A DNA stretch of 64,000 nucleotides, taken from contig CBDAOI010000003.1 in NCBI GenBank assembly GCA_965198005.1, positions 736,001-800,000 on the forward strand. The letters are read 5' to 3'. The stretch's first letter is position 1, and the number at the start of each line of letters is the position of its first letter. The position numbers and the translations under genes were made by a program. Positions 42,862 through 53,353 of the stretch are shown here, piece after piece. Origin of the DNA: Spirochaetia bacterium. GTDB lineage: Bacteria > Spirochaetota > Spirochaetia > SZUA-6 > Bin103. Below the pieces are notes generated by a model. The model did no database searches, was not told the DNA's origin, and saw only the letters and a list, made by a program, of their open reading frames with translations.

Positions 42862-42971
42862 TGGCCGGTTACCCACACGAAACCCTGAAGAGCCTCAAAC
42901 TCAAATGGTAAGTGGATCAGCCAGGGTGAGTCGCAGCGCATTGTCGGCGAGGGGCTCGAGGGGACGAGCCG

Positions 42972-43365
42972 TTACGGTAAGATCGTCAACATCGCCTCGG
43001 ATGCCGGCAGGCAGGGCAGCCCCGGAAACCCACCATACCACGTCTCCAAGGCCGGCGCGACCAGTCTGACACAGGCATCCGCTCGTGGACTCGCCCCGTT
43101 CAACATCAATGTGAATGCCATCTGCCCGGGTAATCTGTGGACGCCCATGCAGGAGCGGATACTGGCTCGCCGGACGGTGCTGGAGGGGTCTCTCGGCGGC
43201 CTAACACCGCGGCAAGTCTTCGAGGCGTCTTCGCAGCGCATGCCGCTGGGACGCAGGCAGACGCCGGAAGACGTGGCCTATCTTGCAGTGTTCCTGGCTT
43301 CCGAATACGCCAAGAACATCACCGGGCAGGCCATAAACGTCAACGGGGGCATGCGCATGGACTAG
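42972..43365 (+). pseudogene. C-terminal fragment of short-chain dehydrogenase
   Basis: GKIVNIAS, YHVSK, VNAICPG, ITGQAINVNGG; no N-terminus. Confidence 0.82.
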
Positions 43366-43416
43366 GCGCACTCTTGTGCGTCCCGTCCGGCCCGGCGAGT
43401 ATCCTCACGATGTCGT

Positions 43417-43462
43417 GGTAACGTTCCACCGGAATCACTGGAAAGGTTCACCGGAATACGCA
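43417..43462. mobile_element. Possible solo IS21-family terminal repeat
   Basis: Reverse complement starts TGCGTATTCCGGTG with an internal ATTCCGGTG repeat. Confidence 0.45.
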
Positions 43463-43478
43463 GGACGGGGTTGTCATG

Positions 43479-44177
43479 TCAACGGCCGGCGCCCCTGAGC
43501 CGCGGGTCGAGCAGGTCCCGCACGGCGTCACCGAACATGTTCAGGCTGTAAACAACGATGGTCAGCGCGACGCCTGGCCATAAAGCCAACCATGGCGCGT
43601 GCTCCATGTACCTACGCCCTTCCCGGCTGAGCATACCTCCCCAGCTAGGAATGTTCGGTGGCAGACCGAATCCGAGGAAGCTCAGAGAGGCCTCAGATAT
43701 AATCACCCCCCCGATGTTGATGCTGAAGATGATGATGAGGGGCGCCACAATATTGGGCAGGACATGCCGCAACAGGATTTGGGTCGTGGGGGTGCCCACG
43801 GCCTCGGCTGCCAGAAAATAGTCATTCTCCTTAATATCGATAACGGCGCCTCGGAGTACTCTCGAGCCGCCGATGCCCCCTGTTATCCCCAAGACCAAGA
43901 TGATCTGGGGCAGACCCCGCCCCGCTATGGACATGATGGTCAATAACAGAAGCAGGCCCGGAAAAGCCATCCAAGCATCGACAAATCTTTGTACACCCAG
44001 GTCCAGTTTACCACCAAAGAATCCTGAAATGCCGCCTATCAGGACAGCCACCCCAACATTGAGAGTGGTCGCGGCCAGACCGACGGTCAACGAAAGACGA
44101 GCCCCGTAGACAAGGCGGCTCAGGAGGTCTCGCCCCAAAATTGTCAGCAACACCCGCCTGATGATATAGGCTCTCAT
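43479..44177 (-). pseudogene. In-frame dppB'-'dppC deletion fusion
   Basis: MRAYIIRRVLLT (DppB start) joined to LGRDLLSRLVYGARL (DppC interior). Confidence 0.85.
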
Positions 44178-44222
44178 GTCACAGCTTATTGAGCGTCCGC
44201 AGCAAAACCCGGTGCAGGGGCA

Positions 44223-45013
44223 TCAAAAAATAACCTCTACTCCTCTTTCTCGGAGCCCAGGGATATAGACTTCCTTCGACGTCTCGCTCAAGGGGTTACC
44301 AGACAAACTTACAGTGTCCCCCTCAGAAAGCCCGCCGTTCTCCACCAGTGGTGAGATGTCGCTTATTTGGTTAAACATAAGGTCGAGCTCGGTGAGATTA
44401 GTCAGGGAAGCTAGCGGTGCAATGTCGCTTATCTGGTTCAACGCAAGGTCGAGCTCAGTGAGGTTAGTCAGAGAAGCCAGTGGTGAGATGTCGCTTATCC
44501 GGTTCTTCCTAAGGGCGAGATTGGTGAGATTAGTCAGGGAAGCTAGCGGCGAGATGTCGCTTATCCGGTTGTCGTAAAGGCTGAGCGAGGTGAAGTTGGC
44601 GAGCGAAGCCAGTGGTGAGAGGTCGCTTATCCGTCCATAGTGGAAAACCAGCTCGGTAAGGTTACTCAAATACTCCAATCCGGCGAGGTCGGTGATCTTG
44701 ACTCTCGCATATCCCCTGCCTGATTCACGAAGCGAGGTGATGGTTTCCAGCTCCGAAACATGGATGGGACCTTGATGCTTCTGGATAGCTGCCCTTATGA
44801 CTCTCTCAAGAGCTTCGTCGGGGATGGTGACCCCTTCGCCCACTTCTTCTGTAGCACTAACAGGTTCTTCTGCAGTACACTAACAGGTTCTTCTGCAGTA
44901 CTTGCAGGTTCTTGTTCTTCTGCAGTATTTACAGGTTCTTCCGCAGGGCCACAGCCGGAAAGAGTGAATATCATTACGAAGACAACGAACAAAGGCAAGC
45001 ATTTCCTATCCAT
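44223..45013 (-). CDS. Leucine-rich-repeat (internalin-type) lipoprotein, frameshift in repeat linker near 44875
   Basis: Lipobox LSGC; TAEEP linker repeats; 22-aa repeats N-x-I-S-D-I-S-P-L-A-S-L-T-N-L. Confidence 0.82.
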
Positions 45014-45165
45014 CTGCGTCCACCTCCTGTTGCTTACCGCCCAAATTATACGCTGGCGCTCTATCCCGTTGCCCTGAGCAGAGGAACTGGGAAGCGCGCT
45101 TGCATTTCCTATCCATCTGCGTCCACTTCCTGTTGCAAGCGACAGCCTCCCAGCTCCCTTTTTCC

Positions 45166-46672
45166 CTAACGACCCATGGCGTTCTTCAGCTCACTATCGA
45201 TCCAGATCCGGGCTTGGACGGTATTACGTTCACCCCATCCCATTCCTGCTTCACCGAAATAACCCTCGACCCACGGCTGGCTCACGGAAAACTGAGGGGA
45301 CTTGGATTTGACTAGGCCCCAGTGCTCCCTCACAGTGATCTCATCGGCCTGTCTCAAAAGACTCCTATACTCCTCCAAGTCGGTAGTTTCTTGGGAGGCA
45401 AGATACAGGGCGTCCATACGCGGGTCCTTCGCTTTGTTGTAGCTCCAGCCAAAGTTTTGGCTAATCCCCTTCATGGGATTCCAAAAGGTGACGCTGCTGC
45501 CGCCATTATATCCCCCTTGCACTAGCGCCCACTCGTGCGTGTCCGCGCTATTGTCAGCGTTATGCTCAGCGATAGTCTGCGGGACAAGCTCGCCTTCAAC
45601 GCCAATGGCGTCGAAGTACCCCATGATGAGTTCTGCATAGTCTGTGGTGTACCTCTCAAAGGCCCTTACCTTGAGCTTGAATCTATAGCCGTCGGCGCCG
45701 CGGGGATACCCGGCCTCATCAAGGAGCTCCTCGGCCCTTTCGGGGTTATAGGTATATTCTTGCTTGACCTCCTCGGGCCACTCTTCATATGGCCAGGCCC
45801 ACCCTTCTTCAAGATCTTGTCTCATTAACCCGGCAGGCGCTGGATCTCCATAACCCTTAAAGAAGCTGGCGGAATTTGCCTCGCGGTCCACTGACATCTG
45901 CAGTGCCTTGCGCACAATGGGGTCGGCAGTGGGCGGCAAAGCCCAGTTGAAAACGAAAACGCCGGCCGGTGCCCCAAGAAAGGGCCACACCTCGATTTCA
46001 GGGTTGGTCCGCTCGAGGGTCTCCAAATCGTCGACATTGTATATCCAAGAGTCGCCGAAGTTACCCATCACATCAATCTTACCCGTGCGGAATGCTGCCA
46101 GACGTGCTGACATCTCTTTCATCATCAGGGACCTTAACTCGTCAATATAGGGTAGGCGGTTCTCCGGGAATTTTTCGTCGTAGCCCCAGTAGTTAGGATT
46201 CTTCTCCCAGGTTACAGAGCTGCCGTCCACGTACTCAGTCAGTCTCCAGGGCCCGGTGCCGACCAGGTTCCTCCAGTCCTTAGCGTCTCCGTACTTCTCG
46301 ATTACCTCGGGAGCGTACGCAACCCAGTAGGGGTTGAGCAGTTTCCCCAGCACATCGAGGGTAGGCTCCGTCAGCTTCATAACTACCGTCCATTTGTCGG
46401 TGGCCGTTACCGATTCGAGACCTACACCCCAGGTGGTAGCAAATGTATGGGCGCTAGGTCCGGCCTCGGTGAAATCGCCCAGACCGAAATAGCGGTGATA
46501 GTTGTGTTCGACGTCATAGGCATCGAACTCCCGACCGTTCACCGGCTCCTTATCGTCCCAGTAAACGCCCTTGCGGATGTTCCAGATGAACGTTGTGTCG
46601 TCGGGCATCGACCAGCTTTCAGCCAGAGCCCCTGTAGTCATCTCTGGGGTCACAATGGCGTAGTCTCTACCG
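45166..46672 (-). pseudogene. Family 5 SBP (SBP7) lacking signal peptide and N-terminal region
   Basis: Begins just before GALAESW; rest of frame open to RIWID...MGR. Confidence 0.85.
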
Positions 46673-46677
46673 TTCTG

Positions 46678-46752
46678 AAGCGCGCGGCGTGTGACTCACC
46701 GGGTTCACGCCGCGCGTGCGTGCGGTTCTTTGAGTATCACTTTGCACCTCCT
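46678..46752 (-). promoter_or_regulatory. RBS + leader (GTG)ILKEPHARAA* (46740-46705) + hairpin with shortened loop
   Basis: Third copy of the leader element. Confidence 0.6.
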
Positions 46753-47456
46753 TTCTTGAGCTATGCGGTGCCCTGACGGATGCCTGACGGAAGCTGTGTG
46801 TCTCGGGCCGGCGCTAGACGTAAGATGGGGTGCGCCGCGCGCAGCGCGTGTGCGCCCCATTAGGCAAACACCGACCGCTCGGCCAACGTCGGCACCTGCG
46901 TCGCGCCGCCTCGGGGGGCGGTGGTCGGCGGAGCAACGAATGTGATTGACCGGCAACGCCGGCGGTGGCTTTTGTCGGCAGTAAGTCGCGGGCGGGGATC
47001 CGGGACGGTTGCGGTGGTCAGTGAACGAAGGTGGACTCAGCCGGCACCACACGTAGCCGGCCGCTACCCCCTTGCTCACGGCGCAGGCGCCCACCTCGGC
47101 GCGTACGGGGCGGTCAGCCGGAGGGGGGGGGGTAGGCGAGGATAGGACGCGCCGGTTGCGTTGCCGCTAGGAGCGTGTCGGCTGCCGCCGACGAGGTCCG
47201 AGCGGATCGGCGGAATAGACCGCCCCGACGCCTCGGGCGTCGGTTTATGGGGCGCCAACCGGTGGCTGCGCTGAGTAGTGTCATCAGGCATCGTTCGCAT
47301 CCGTTCGTTACCCGAGACACTACCCTCGCACACCTGCGGCAACCACGTCAAGCGGCAATTGAAGGTTTTTTTCGATTTTTTGGATTTTTTGGTATCTTAT
47401 GTGCCAGCCAGGCCAACGACCCACCACAATTGAGTGTCGTCCTAAAGTGTGCAAGC

Positions 47457-48212
47457 ATGGCCCCTATGCCGTTTTTTCAGCGAGGCGACGTCCGCATCCG
47501 TTACGAGGAGGCCGGCTCCGGCTTCCCCCTCCTGGTCACCCCCGGCGGTGGCCTAAACTCACGCGTCGACGGTTGGCCGGGAGCCGTTTTCAATGCCATG
47601 GATGCGTTTCAAGACGAGTTTCGCTGCATCACCATGGACCAACGCAACGCCATCGGTGGTGAGTCCACCGGGCCAGTCCCGGTCGACGATCCGTGGGGCG
47701 CGTTCGCCGGCGACCAACTGGATCTCATGGACCACCTCGGTATCGAGCAGTTTCTCTACATGGGCTACTGCATCGGCGGCCCCTTTGCCTTCAAACTCAT
47801 GCAGCAGGCACCCGACCGCGTCGTGGCCAGCGTGCTGTGCCAGCCAGTCGGGCACCGGCCGGAGGACCGGGATGTCATGTACAACTCCGGTCGCGATGCC
47901 TGGGCCCCCGAGCTGCGTGCGCAGCGCCCCGAGATCACCGCCCGCACGATCGAATCGTACCTCCACAACCTCTATCGTGCGCAGCCTGACTTCGTCTACA
48001 GCGTGTCCCGCGACTTCGCGCGATCGTGCCCCACGCCGATCCTGGTCATGCCCGATGACGCACCAGCGCACCCCTACCAGACATCCATGGACGTTGTCGC
48101 GCTGGCGCCACACGCCGAAGTTACTCCGTTCCCCTGGGCAGACCAACCCGAAACGCTAGCCCAGACCATCCAACAGGTGCGCGATTTCCTGCACGCCCAC
48201 GAACCCACGTGA
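47457..48212 (+). CDS. Alpha/beta hydrolase fold protein
   Basis: IRYEEAGSGFPLL, DQRN, GYCIGG nucleophile elbow with Cys. Confidence 0.85.
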   Translation: MAPMPFFQRGDVRIRYEEAGSGFPLLVTPGGGLNSRVDGWPGAVFNAMDAFQDEFRCITMDQRNAIGGESTGPVPVDDPWGAFAGDQLDLMDHLGIEQFLYMGYCIGGPFAFKLMQQAPDRVVASVLCQPVGHRPEDRDVMYNSGRDAWAPELRAQRPEITARTIESYLHNLYRAQPDFVYSVSRDFARSCPTPILVMPDDAPAHPYQTSMDVVALAPHAEVTPFPWADQPETLAQTIQQVRDFLHAHEPT

Positions 48213-48359
48213 GAGATTTGGGCATGTTCTTGGAGTCTCCGGGGGCGTAACCGAGGTGCGCCAGCGGCTAGCCGAAGGCTACGCGCGGGCCGGCTTCGTC
48301 CTGGCGTTTCATGGCTCGCCTGTGGCATCATGGCGCACAGAGGATCCACACGCACACAT

Positions 48360-48654
48360 ATGAGCAAGCACATGATAACCGTCGCGGTGACCGGCTCGGT
48401 GCCGACGCGCGACCAACATCCCGGCCTCCCCCACACCCCCGCGGAGATCGCCGACGCCACCTACGACTGCTACCGAGCAGGCGCCGCCATCGTCCATATC
48501 CATGTGCGCGATCCCGAGACCGGGGTCCCCACCTACCGCCTCAAGCTATTTCGCGAGTGCGTCGAGAGGATCCGCGACAAGTGCGACATCCTCATCAACC
48601 TGACGACCAGCGGCAACAACATCCCCCGTAAGAACGTCATTGAGGAACGGCTGG
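48360..48654 (+). pseudogene. 5' part of beta-keto acid cleavage enzyme (Kce/BKACE family), truncated by mobile element
   Basis: ITVAVTG, AGAAIVHIHVRDP, INLTTSG. Confidence 0.82.
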
Positions 48655-48809
48655 TGTTGCGTTGCGCGCCCCGAGCCGAGGTTAGTTGCATGATAGATGG
48701 CGCGGAGTGTGGGCGGTGGTCGTTCCGTTCCGAGTGCGTCCCTGGTGCGGAACAAGGGAACAGCGGAACAGTGGTCGGATGAGAGCGAGCAGGCAGGCGA
48801 CGGGCGGGG

Positions 48810-49751
48810 TCAGGCCGGCAGGTGCCAGCCGGCGGGGCTGCGGACGGCGAGGCCGCGCTGTTCAAGGGTTTGGAGGGCGAGACCGAGACGGGCGTTGTTG
48901 ACGCGCAAGCGTTGGCGGAGGGCGGTCCTGGAGAGCGGCTGGCCGGCGCTGCGGAGAGCGGCGCGCACCGCCTCGGCGAGCGGGGGCGGCGGGGCGGCAG
49001 CACTGTCGACGAGCAGGGAGAGGGGCTGGTCAGCGCCGCCTGAGAGGCGCAGCAGGAGGGGATCGGGAGCGGGAGCGGCGCGGTGCTCGACGGTGAGTTG
49101 GAGACGGTCGTCGGGGCGCCGCACCAGATAGCAGGCGGAGTCGGTCCAGGCGTGCAGGTCGGAGGAGCCGCGCAGAGACTGGCCGAGATTGCGGCGCGAG
49201 CGCTTGGCCATGTGGTGGACGAGGACCAGAGCGAGTTGATAGCGGCGGTTGAGGGCGCGCAGAAAGCCGAGCAGAGAAGAGATGTCTGAGGCGCTGTTCT
49301 CGTCGAGACAATGAAGTCGGACCAGAGGGTCCAACAGCAGGAGTATGGGACGGATCTGAGCCACGGTCTGGTCGAGCGCGAGCTGGTCGCGCTCGGTATC
49401 GAGGCGCAGCCGGTCGGAGGTGACGACGTGCAGGTCGAGGCGGGTTAGGTCCAGGCCGCGGTGGCGGCACAAGTGGGCGACACGGTCGCGGACGCGGGGC
49501 AGAGCATCCTCGGCGAGATAGACCAGGGCGGGACCGGTGGCCTCGACCGGGAACCGCCCGAGGGCTGGGGTGCCGGACGCGACCGAGACCGCGAGATCAA
49601 GTCCTAGCCAAGACTTACCAACTTTGGGCTGACCCCCGATTGCCCCCACGGCGGCGGCGGTCCAGAGGTCGTGCACCAACCACTGGGGGGTGTCGGATTG
49701 GGGATCGATGGCATGGACGGGAACGGTGGGCAGCGGTTTGGTCATGGCCAC
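48810..49751 (-). CDS. AAA family ATPase, RepA/AAA_25-like
   Basis: GQPKVGKS Walker A, YLAED, LLLLDP, LVHH, LRGSS. Confidence 0.82.
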   Translation of the reverse strand: MAMTKPLPTVPVHAIDPQSDTPQWLVHDLWTAAAVGAIGGQPKVGKSWLGLDLAVSVASGTPALGRFPVEATGPALVYLAEDALPRVRDRVAHLCRHRGLDLTRLDLHVVTSDRLRLDTERDQLALDQTVAQIRPILLLLDPLVRLHCLDENSASDISSLLGFLRALNRRYQLALVLVHHMAKRSRRNLGQSLRGSSDLHAWTDSACYLVRRPDDRLQLTVEHRAAPAPDPLLLRLSGGADQPLSLLVDSAAAPPPPLAEAVRAALRSAGQPLSRTALRQRLRVNNARLGLALQTLEQRGLAVRSPAGWHLPA

Positions 49752-50545
49752 AGGTACCTGCGAGCGGCGATCACGTCACCGGCACTGACGGTGGTGGCGG
49801 GGGTCTTGGCGGCGTGCTGCAGCGCCGCCAAGGCCAAGCGGTCGATGGCCCGCAGGTTGCCGTGGCTCATTTCGAAGATGGTTTCCTGAGCGTCGCCGTC
49901 GAAGGGATTGGTGCGAGCGCCGGCGAGGGTGCAGCGATGTTCGACGTAGGCGCAGGTCTCATCCCGGGAGAGCAGACGCAGTTCGGCGTAATGCGCCAGA
50001 CGGTGCGCGATGCCGGTTTGTTCGGGGCGTCGGAGGAGCAGTTTCAGGTGTGGCTGGCCGGCGAGCACGAGGGACACGACGAGGCGACTGTCCATTTCGA
50101 AGTTCGTGAGGACCCTCAACATGGCCAACGCTTCGGGGCGCAGATCATGGGCCTCGTCGAACAGGATGACCGGGCGCAGACCGTCGCTGGCGGTGTGTTC
50201 GAAAGCCTCCTGCAGCTTGCGCACCAGAGCGGGATAAATGCCGGTGGGAGAGAGGCCGCAGGCGACGGCGATTTCCTTGCACAGGTCACGCTTGGAGAGG
50301 CCGGTCACCTTGACGTAATGGACCTGGAAGCGCGCCTCCGGCAGAGCGGCGAAGAGCATGCGCAAGGCGACGGTCTTACCGGTGCCGGCGGGAGCGATGA
50401 GGGCGGCGCTCATGCGCTCCTGCACCGCCTCGGTGAGTGCGGTGGCGACCTGTGCTTGAGGTTCGAGAGGGAACCGCTCGCGCACGGTCAACTCGCGGGT
50501 AAAGGGGGTCTTGCGGAAGCCCAGTGGGCTGAGGTCATGGCTCAT
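49742..50545 (-). CDS. ExeA-type AAA ATPase (transposition helper)
   Basis: GFRKTPF, APAGTGKT, ILFDEAH, LVLAGQP. Confidence 0.85.
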   Translation of the reverse strand: MSHDLSPLGFRKTPFTRELTVRERFPLEPQAQVATALTEAVQERMSAALIAPAGTGKTVALRMLFAALPEARFQVHYVKVTGLSKRDLCKEIAVACGLSPTGIYPALVRKLQEAFEHTASDGLRPVILFDEAHDLRPEALAMLRVLTNFEMDSRLVVSLVLAGQPHLKLLLRRPEQTGIAHRLAHYAELRLLSRDETCAYVEHRCTLAGARTNPFDGDAQETIFEMSHGNLRAIDRLALAALQHAAKTPATTVSAGDVIAARRYLWP

Positions 50546-51243
50546 GGGTGCTGCTCCTGGTCGTGTTGGTCGTCCTGTGGATCGCTATAGCCGCCCTCGG
50601 GGTCGACCAGCGGGCGCAGGTCGTTGGCGTAGGCGATGCCGGCCGCAGTGGCAGGCAGTTCCTCGCCGTCCTCGTCGGCGGTCGGTTGCGGCGCGCGACC
50701 GGAGCCGCGCGGCGCGGTCGCGTTGGCGTGGGGGTCCACCTCAGCCAGCTCGATCATGCGCCCCTGGTGCTGAACCCACAGCCGACCGTCGAGCACGTGG
50801 CGTGCCACCTCGACCCAACTGGCAGCGCTGCGGCGCGGCGCTTCCCACAACCGACCGTCGGCCTTGATGACGTGATCGTTGGAGACCTTGTGCATGGCGC
50901 GCACCACGAAGCGGCGGTACAGATCGGCGTCGTCTGTGGGGAAGCGTAGGGGACGCCCTTGCTCCCAGCGCTGACGCGGGGTGGTATCCTTGCCCAGAGT
51001 CTCGTGTGGGGTGTCGTTGTAGCGGTCGAGGAAGTGGCGCAGGCGGAGCGTGAGTGCCTCGCAAGCGGGGTCCACGTCGGCGGCGCCGTCGAGGGACCGC
51101 AGCACCTGATCGTACGCGGTGCGGTTGAAGCGCTCGATGGCGCCGTGGCCCTCGGGATACCTGGTGGCGCCGTGGATCAGCAAGGCGCCCAGTCCGCCCT
51201 GGATCACGCTCAACGTGTCGAGGGAGATGAATCCCGGGCCTTT
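50542..51243 (-). pseudogene. 3' part of DDE (Mu/integrase-core) transposase
   Basis: KGPGF...GHGAIERFNRT...YNDTPH; continues the frame broken at 54751. Confidence 0.82.
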
Positions 51244-51369
51244 ATCAAGGAAATGCCGAATTCGGCATTACCTTGATTATCCCGAAAAAAATGAAATGCC
51301 GAAGTTTGTCGGTAACTTGTTTCCACACAAACAGATAGCGTTGCAAACTTCGGCATAACATTGGGGCTC

Positions 51370-52398
51370 TTAGAGGCCGCACAGCCGCCTCAGACTCTCC
51401 TCATCCTTCCAGGCGGGCGTTTCGTCCGCCAGCCCGGGATCTGCTCGCTCGATGGCTTTGCGCAGCATCTCGGTATCCGCGGAAGCATAGATCTCAGTGG
51501 TAGTCACGCTTGCATGTCCCAGGAATTCCGCAATATAAGGAAGCGGCATCCCGGACTGATAGAGATGCATCGCACGGCTATGTCGAAACAGATGAGGGTG
51601 CACTCTCGGCGGCACCTCAGCACATGTCGTGCGCGCACCTTCGCCGTAGTTCTTGACCAATACGCTGATCGCATCGGTGGATAGCATGTGCGGCCTACCC
51701 GCGTGCAGGGAATAGAACAGCGGCACTTCGTGACGGTCGGCGGGGCCAGCATGGAATTGCCGTAGATATTCCTTCAGATGGGCAACGGTCTTGTCCATGA
51801 GAGGAACACTTCTGGTTTTGTTGCCTTTGCCGGTCACCAGTACGAATGGAGTTCTTGCCTCCAGATGGAAGTCGGTGACGCGCAAGTCGACCAGCTCTTG
51901 AACCCTGGCTCCTGTGTCGTATAGCAGAATCATGATCATCCTGTTCCGTCTCCCCTTTACGGTTGTCTTATCAGGTTGAGCGAGCACCGTCCTCAGGGCC
52001 GTCTGCGACAGGTAACCGACCGGCGTCCGGGCCATCTTCAGTAATGGAATCTTTTTCACCTCCTGGAACACACTATAGAGGCTGACGTCTTCATCCGCAC
52101 AGTATCTGAGGAATGCCTTGAGAGCGGATAGTCTGAGATTGCAGGTTGCGACTCCGCACGGCCTCTGGCGCAGCCACTGAATGTACTTGATCACCGAGTC
52201 TCGCGTGAAGTGATCCCATGATACATTCGCGAACTTGATCCGATGTTGTGCTTCGAGGAAGTCGCAGTACATGCCTATCGATCGTCTGTAGGAGTCAACG
52301 GTGTGCGCACTGCAACAGCGTATTTTCGGCAGGTGCACCGTGAGGTACTCACGTACACACTTCCAGAATTGTTGTCCCGATGTGCTATCCCTGGTCAT
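51370..52398 (-). CDS. Tyrosine recombinase (RitC-like)
   Basis: LYDTGARVQEL, GKGNKTR, PHLFRHS, LGHA...TTEIY. Confidence 0.9.
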   Translation of the reverse strand: MTRDSTSGQQFWKCVREYLTVHLPKIRCCSAHTVDSYRRSIGMYCDFLEAQHRIKFANVSWDHFTRDSVIKYIQWLRQRPCGVATCNLRLSALKAFLRYCADEDVSLYSVFQEVKKIPLLKMARTPVGYLSQTALRTVLAQPDKTTVKGRRNRMIMILLYDTGARVQELVDLRVTDFHLEARTPFVLVTGKGNKTRSVPLMDKTVAHLKEYLRQFHAGPADRHEVPLFYSLHAGRPHMLSTDAISVLVKNYGEGARTTCAEVPPRVHPHLFRHSRAMHLYQSGMPLPYIAEFLGHASVTTTEIYASADTEMLRKAIERADPGLADETPAWKDEESLRRLCGL

Positions 52399-53353
52399 GG
52401 TCCACCTCCGGAAGAATGGCCTCAGTGGCGCGCACCTTGGCCGCGAATGTAGCGAAGAACTCGGGAACCAGGTGAAGGTAGTAATCGGTACTTGCCAGGC
52501 TGGCGTGTCCCATGTACCTGCTGAGATAGGGGAGCATGGCGTTGACCTCAACACCGGTCGCGATCCACCGGTTCAGATTGCTGAGCGCAAAGTGGTGCCT
52601 GAAGTCATACGCACGCGGTCGGTTGCCGCATCCCGCTCCCAGGCCCGCCGCCTTCCAGATGCGGTTGAATACTGCTGCTACGCTGCCGCCGCTGTAGCAA
52701 TCCGATCTCGTTGTCGGGAAAAAGTAGATTCTCCCGGGATATATCACGGACACTCGTGCGGCATATCGACGGAGCAGACCCAGAACGTCGGCCGGCACCG
52801 GAAGTCTGCGACTTCTGCAACCCTTCGAACGCATGATGTCGATGTGGCTGGCTTCCAGATCAACCTGCTCAACGCGCAGCGTTCTTGCCTCACCGGTCCT
52901 CAGACCACAGCAATACAGGAGGCGGAAGAATACCGGCAGGACCAGATGTCGCGCCTGCGCCGTCCCATGGGACTGGAGCTTGTCGCAGGCGCCGAAGAAT
53001 GCCGTAATCTCCTGGTGAGTAAAGAAATGAGGCACGTACCTAGCGGCGGCACGGATGCCGGCTGAGGGAAGCACGAAGGCATCTGCAACGCCGATCGACT
53101 GCATATACTTGCCAAGTTCACGGATCGGCGATATCCGGATACGATGCCCTGCCAGATTTTCTCCGTCCTTGGCTTTCGCCCAACCGTGGACCAACTCTCT
53201 GCCGAGGGATTGGAATGCGGGATGCCGGGCTGCGTATCTGTCGAAATCATGGAGATAGAACTCAGCGCTCTCATAGGAGTAGCCAACGGCGCGCTTGGTC
53301 GCGACCAGTCCCGAGATAAAGGGTGCAAACAGGCTTGAGTATGCAGTATTCAT
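52385..53353 (-). CDS. Tyrosine recombinase (RitB-like)
   Basis: LYCCGLRTGE, YDFRHHF, LSRYMGH...TDYY. Confidence 0.9.
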   Translation of the reverse strand: MNTAYSSLFAPFISGLVATKRAVGYSYESAEFYLHDFDRYAARHPAFQSLGRELVHGWAKAKDGENLAGHRIRISPIRELGKYMQSIGVADAFVLPSAGIRAAARYVPHFFTHQEITAFFGACDKLQSHGTAQARHLVLPVFFRLLYCCGLRTGEARTLRVEQVDLEASHIDIMRSKGCRSRRLPVPADVLGLLRRYAARVSVIYPGRIYFFPTTRSDCYSGGSVAAVFNRIWKAAGLGAGCGNRPRAYDFRHHFALSNLNRWIATGVEVNAMLPYLSRYMGHASLASTDYYLHLVPEFFATFAAKVRATEAILPEVDHDQG

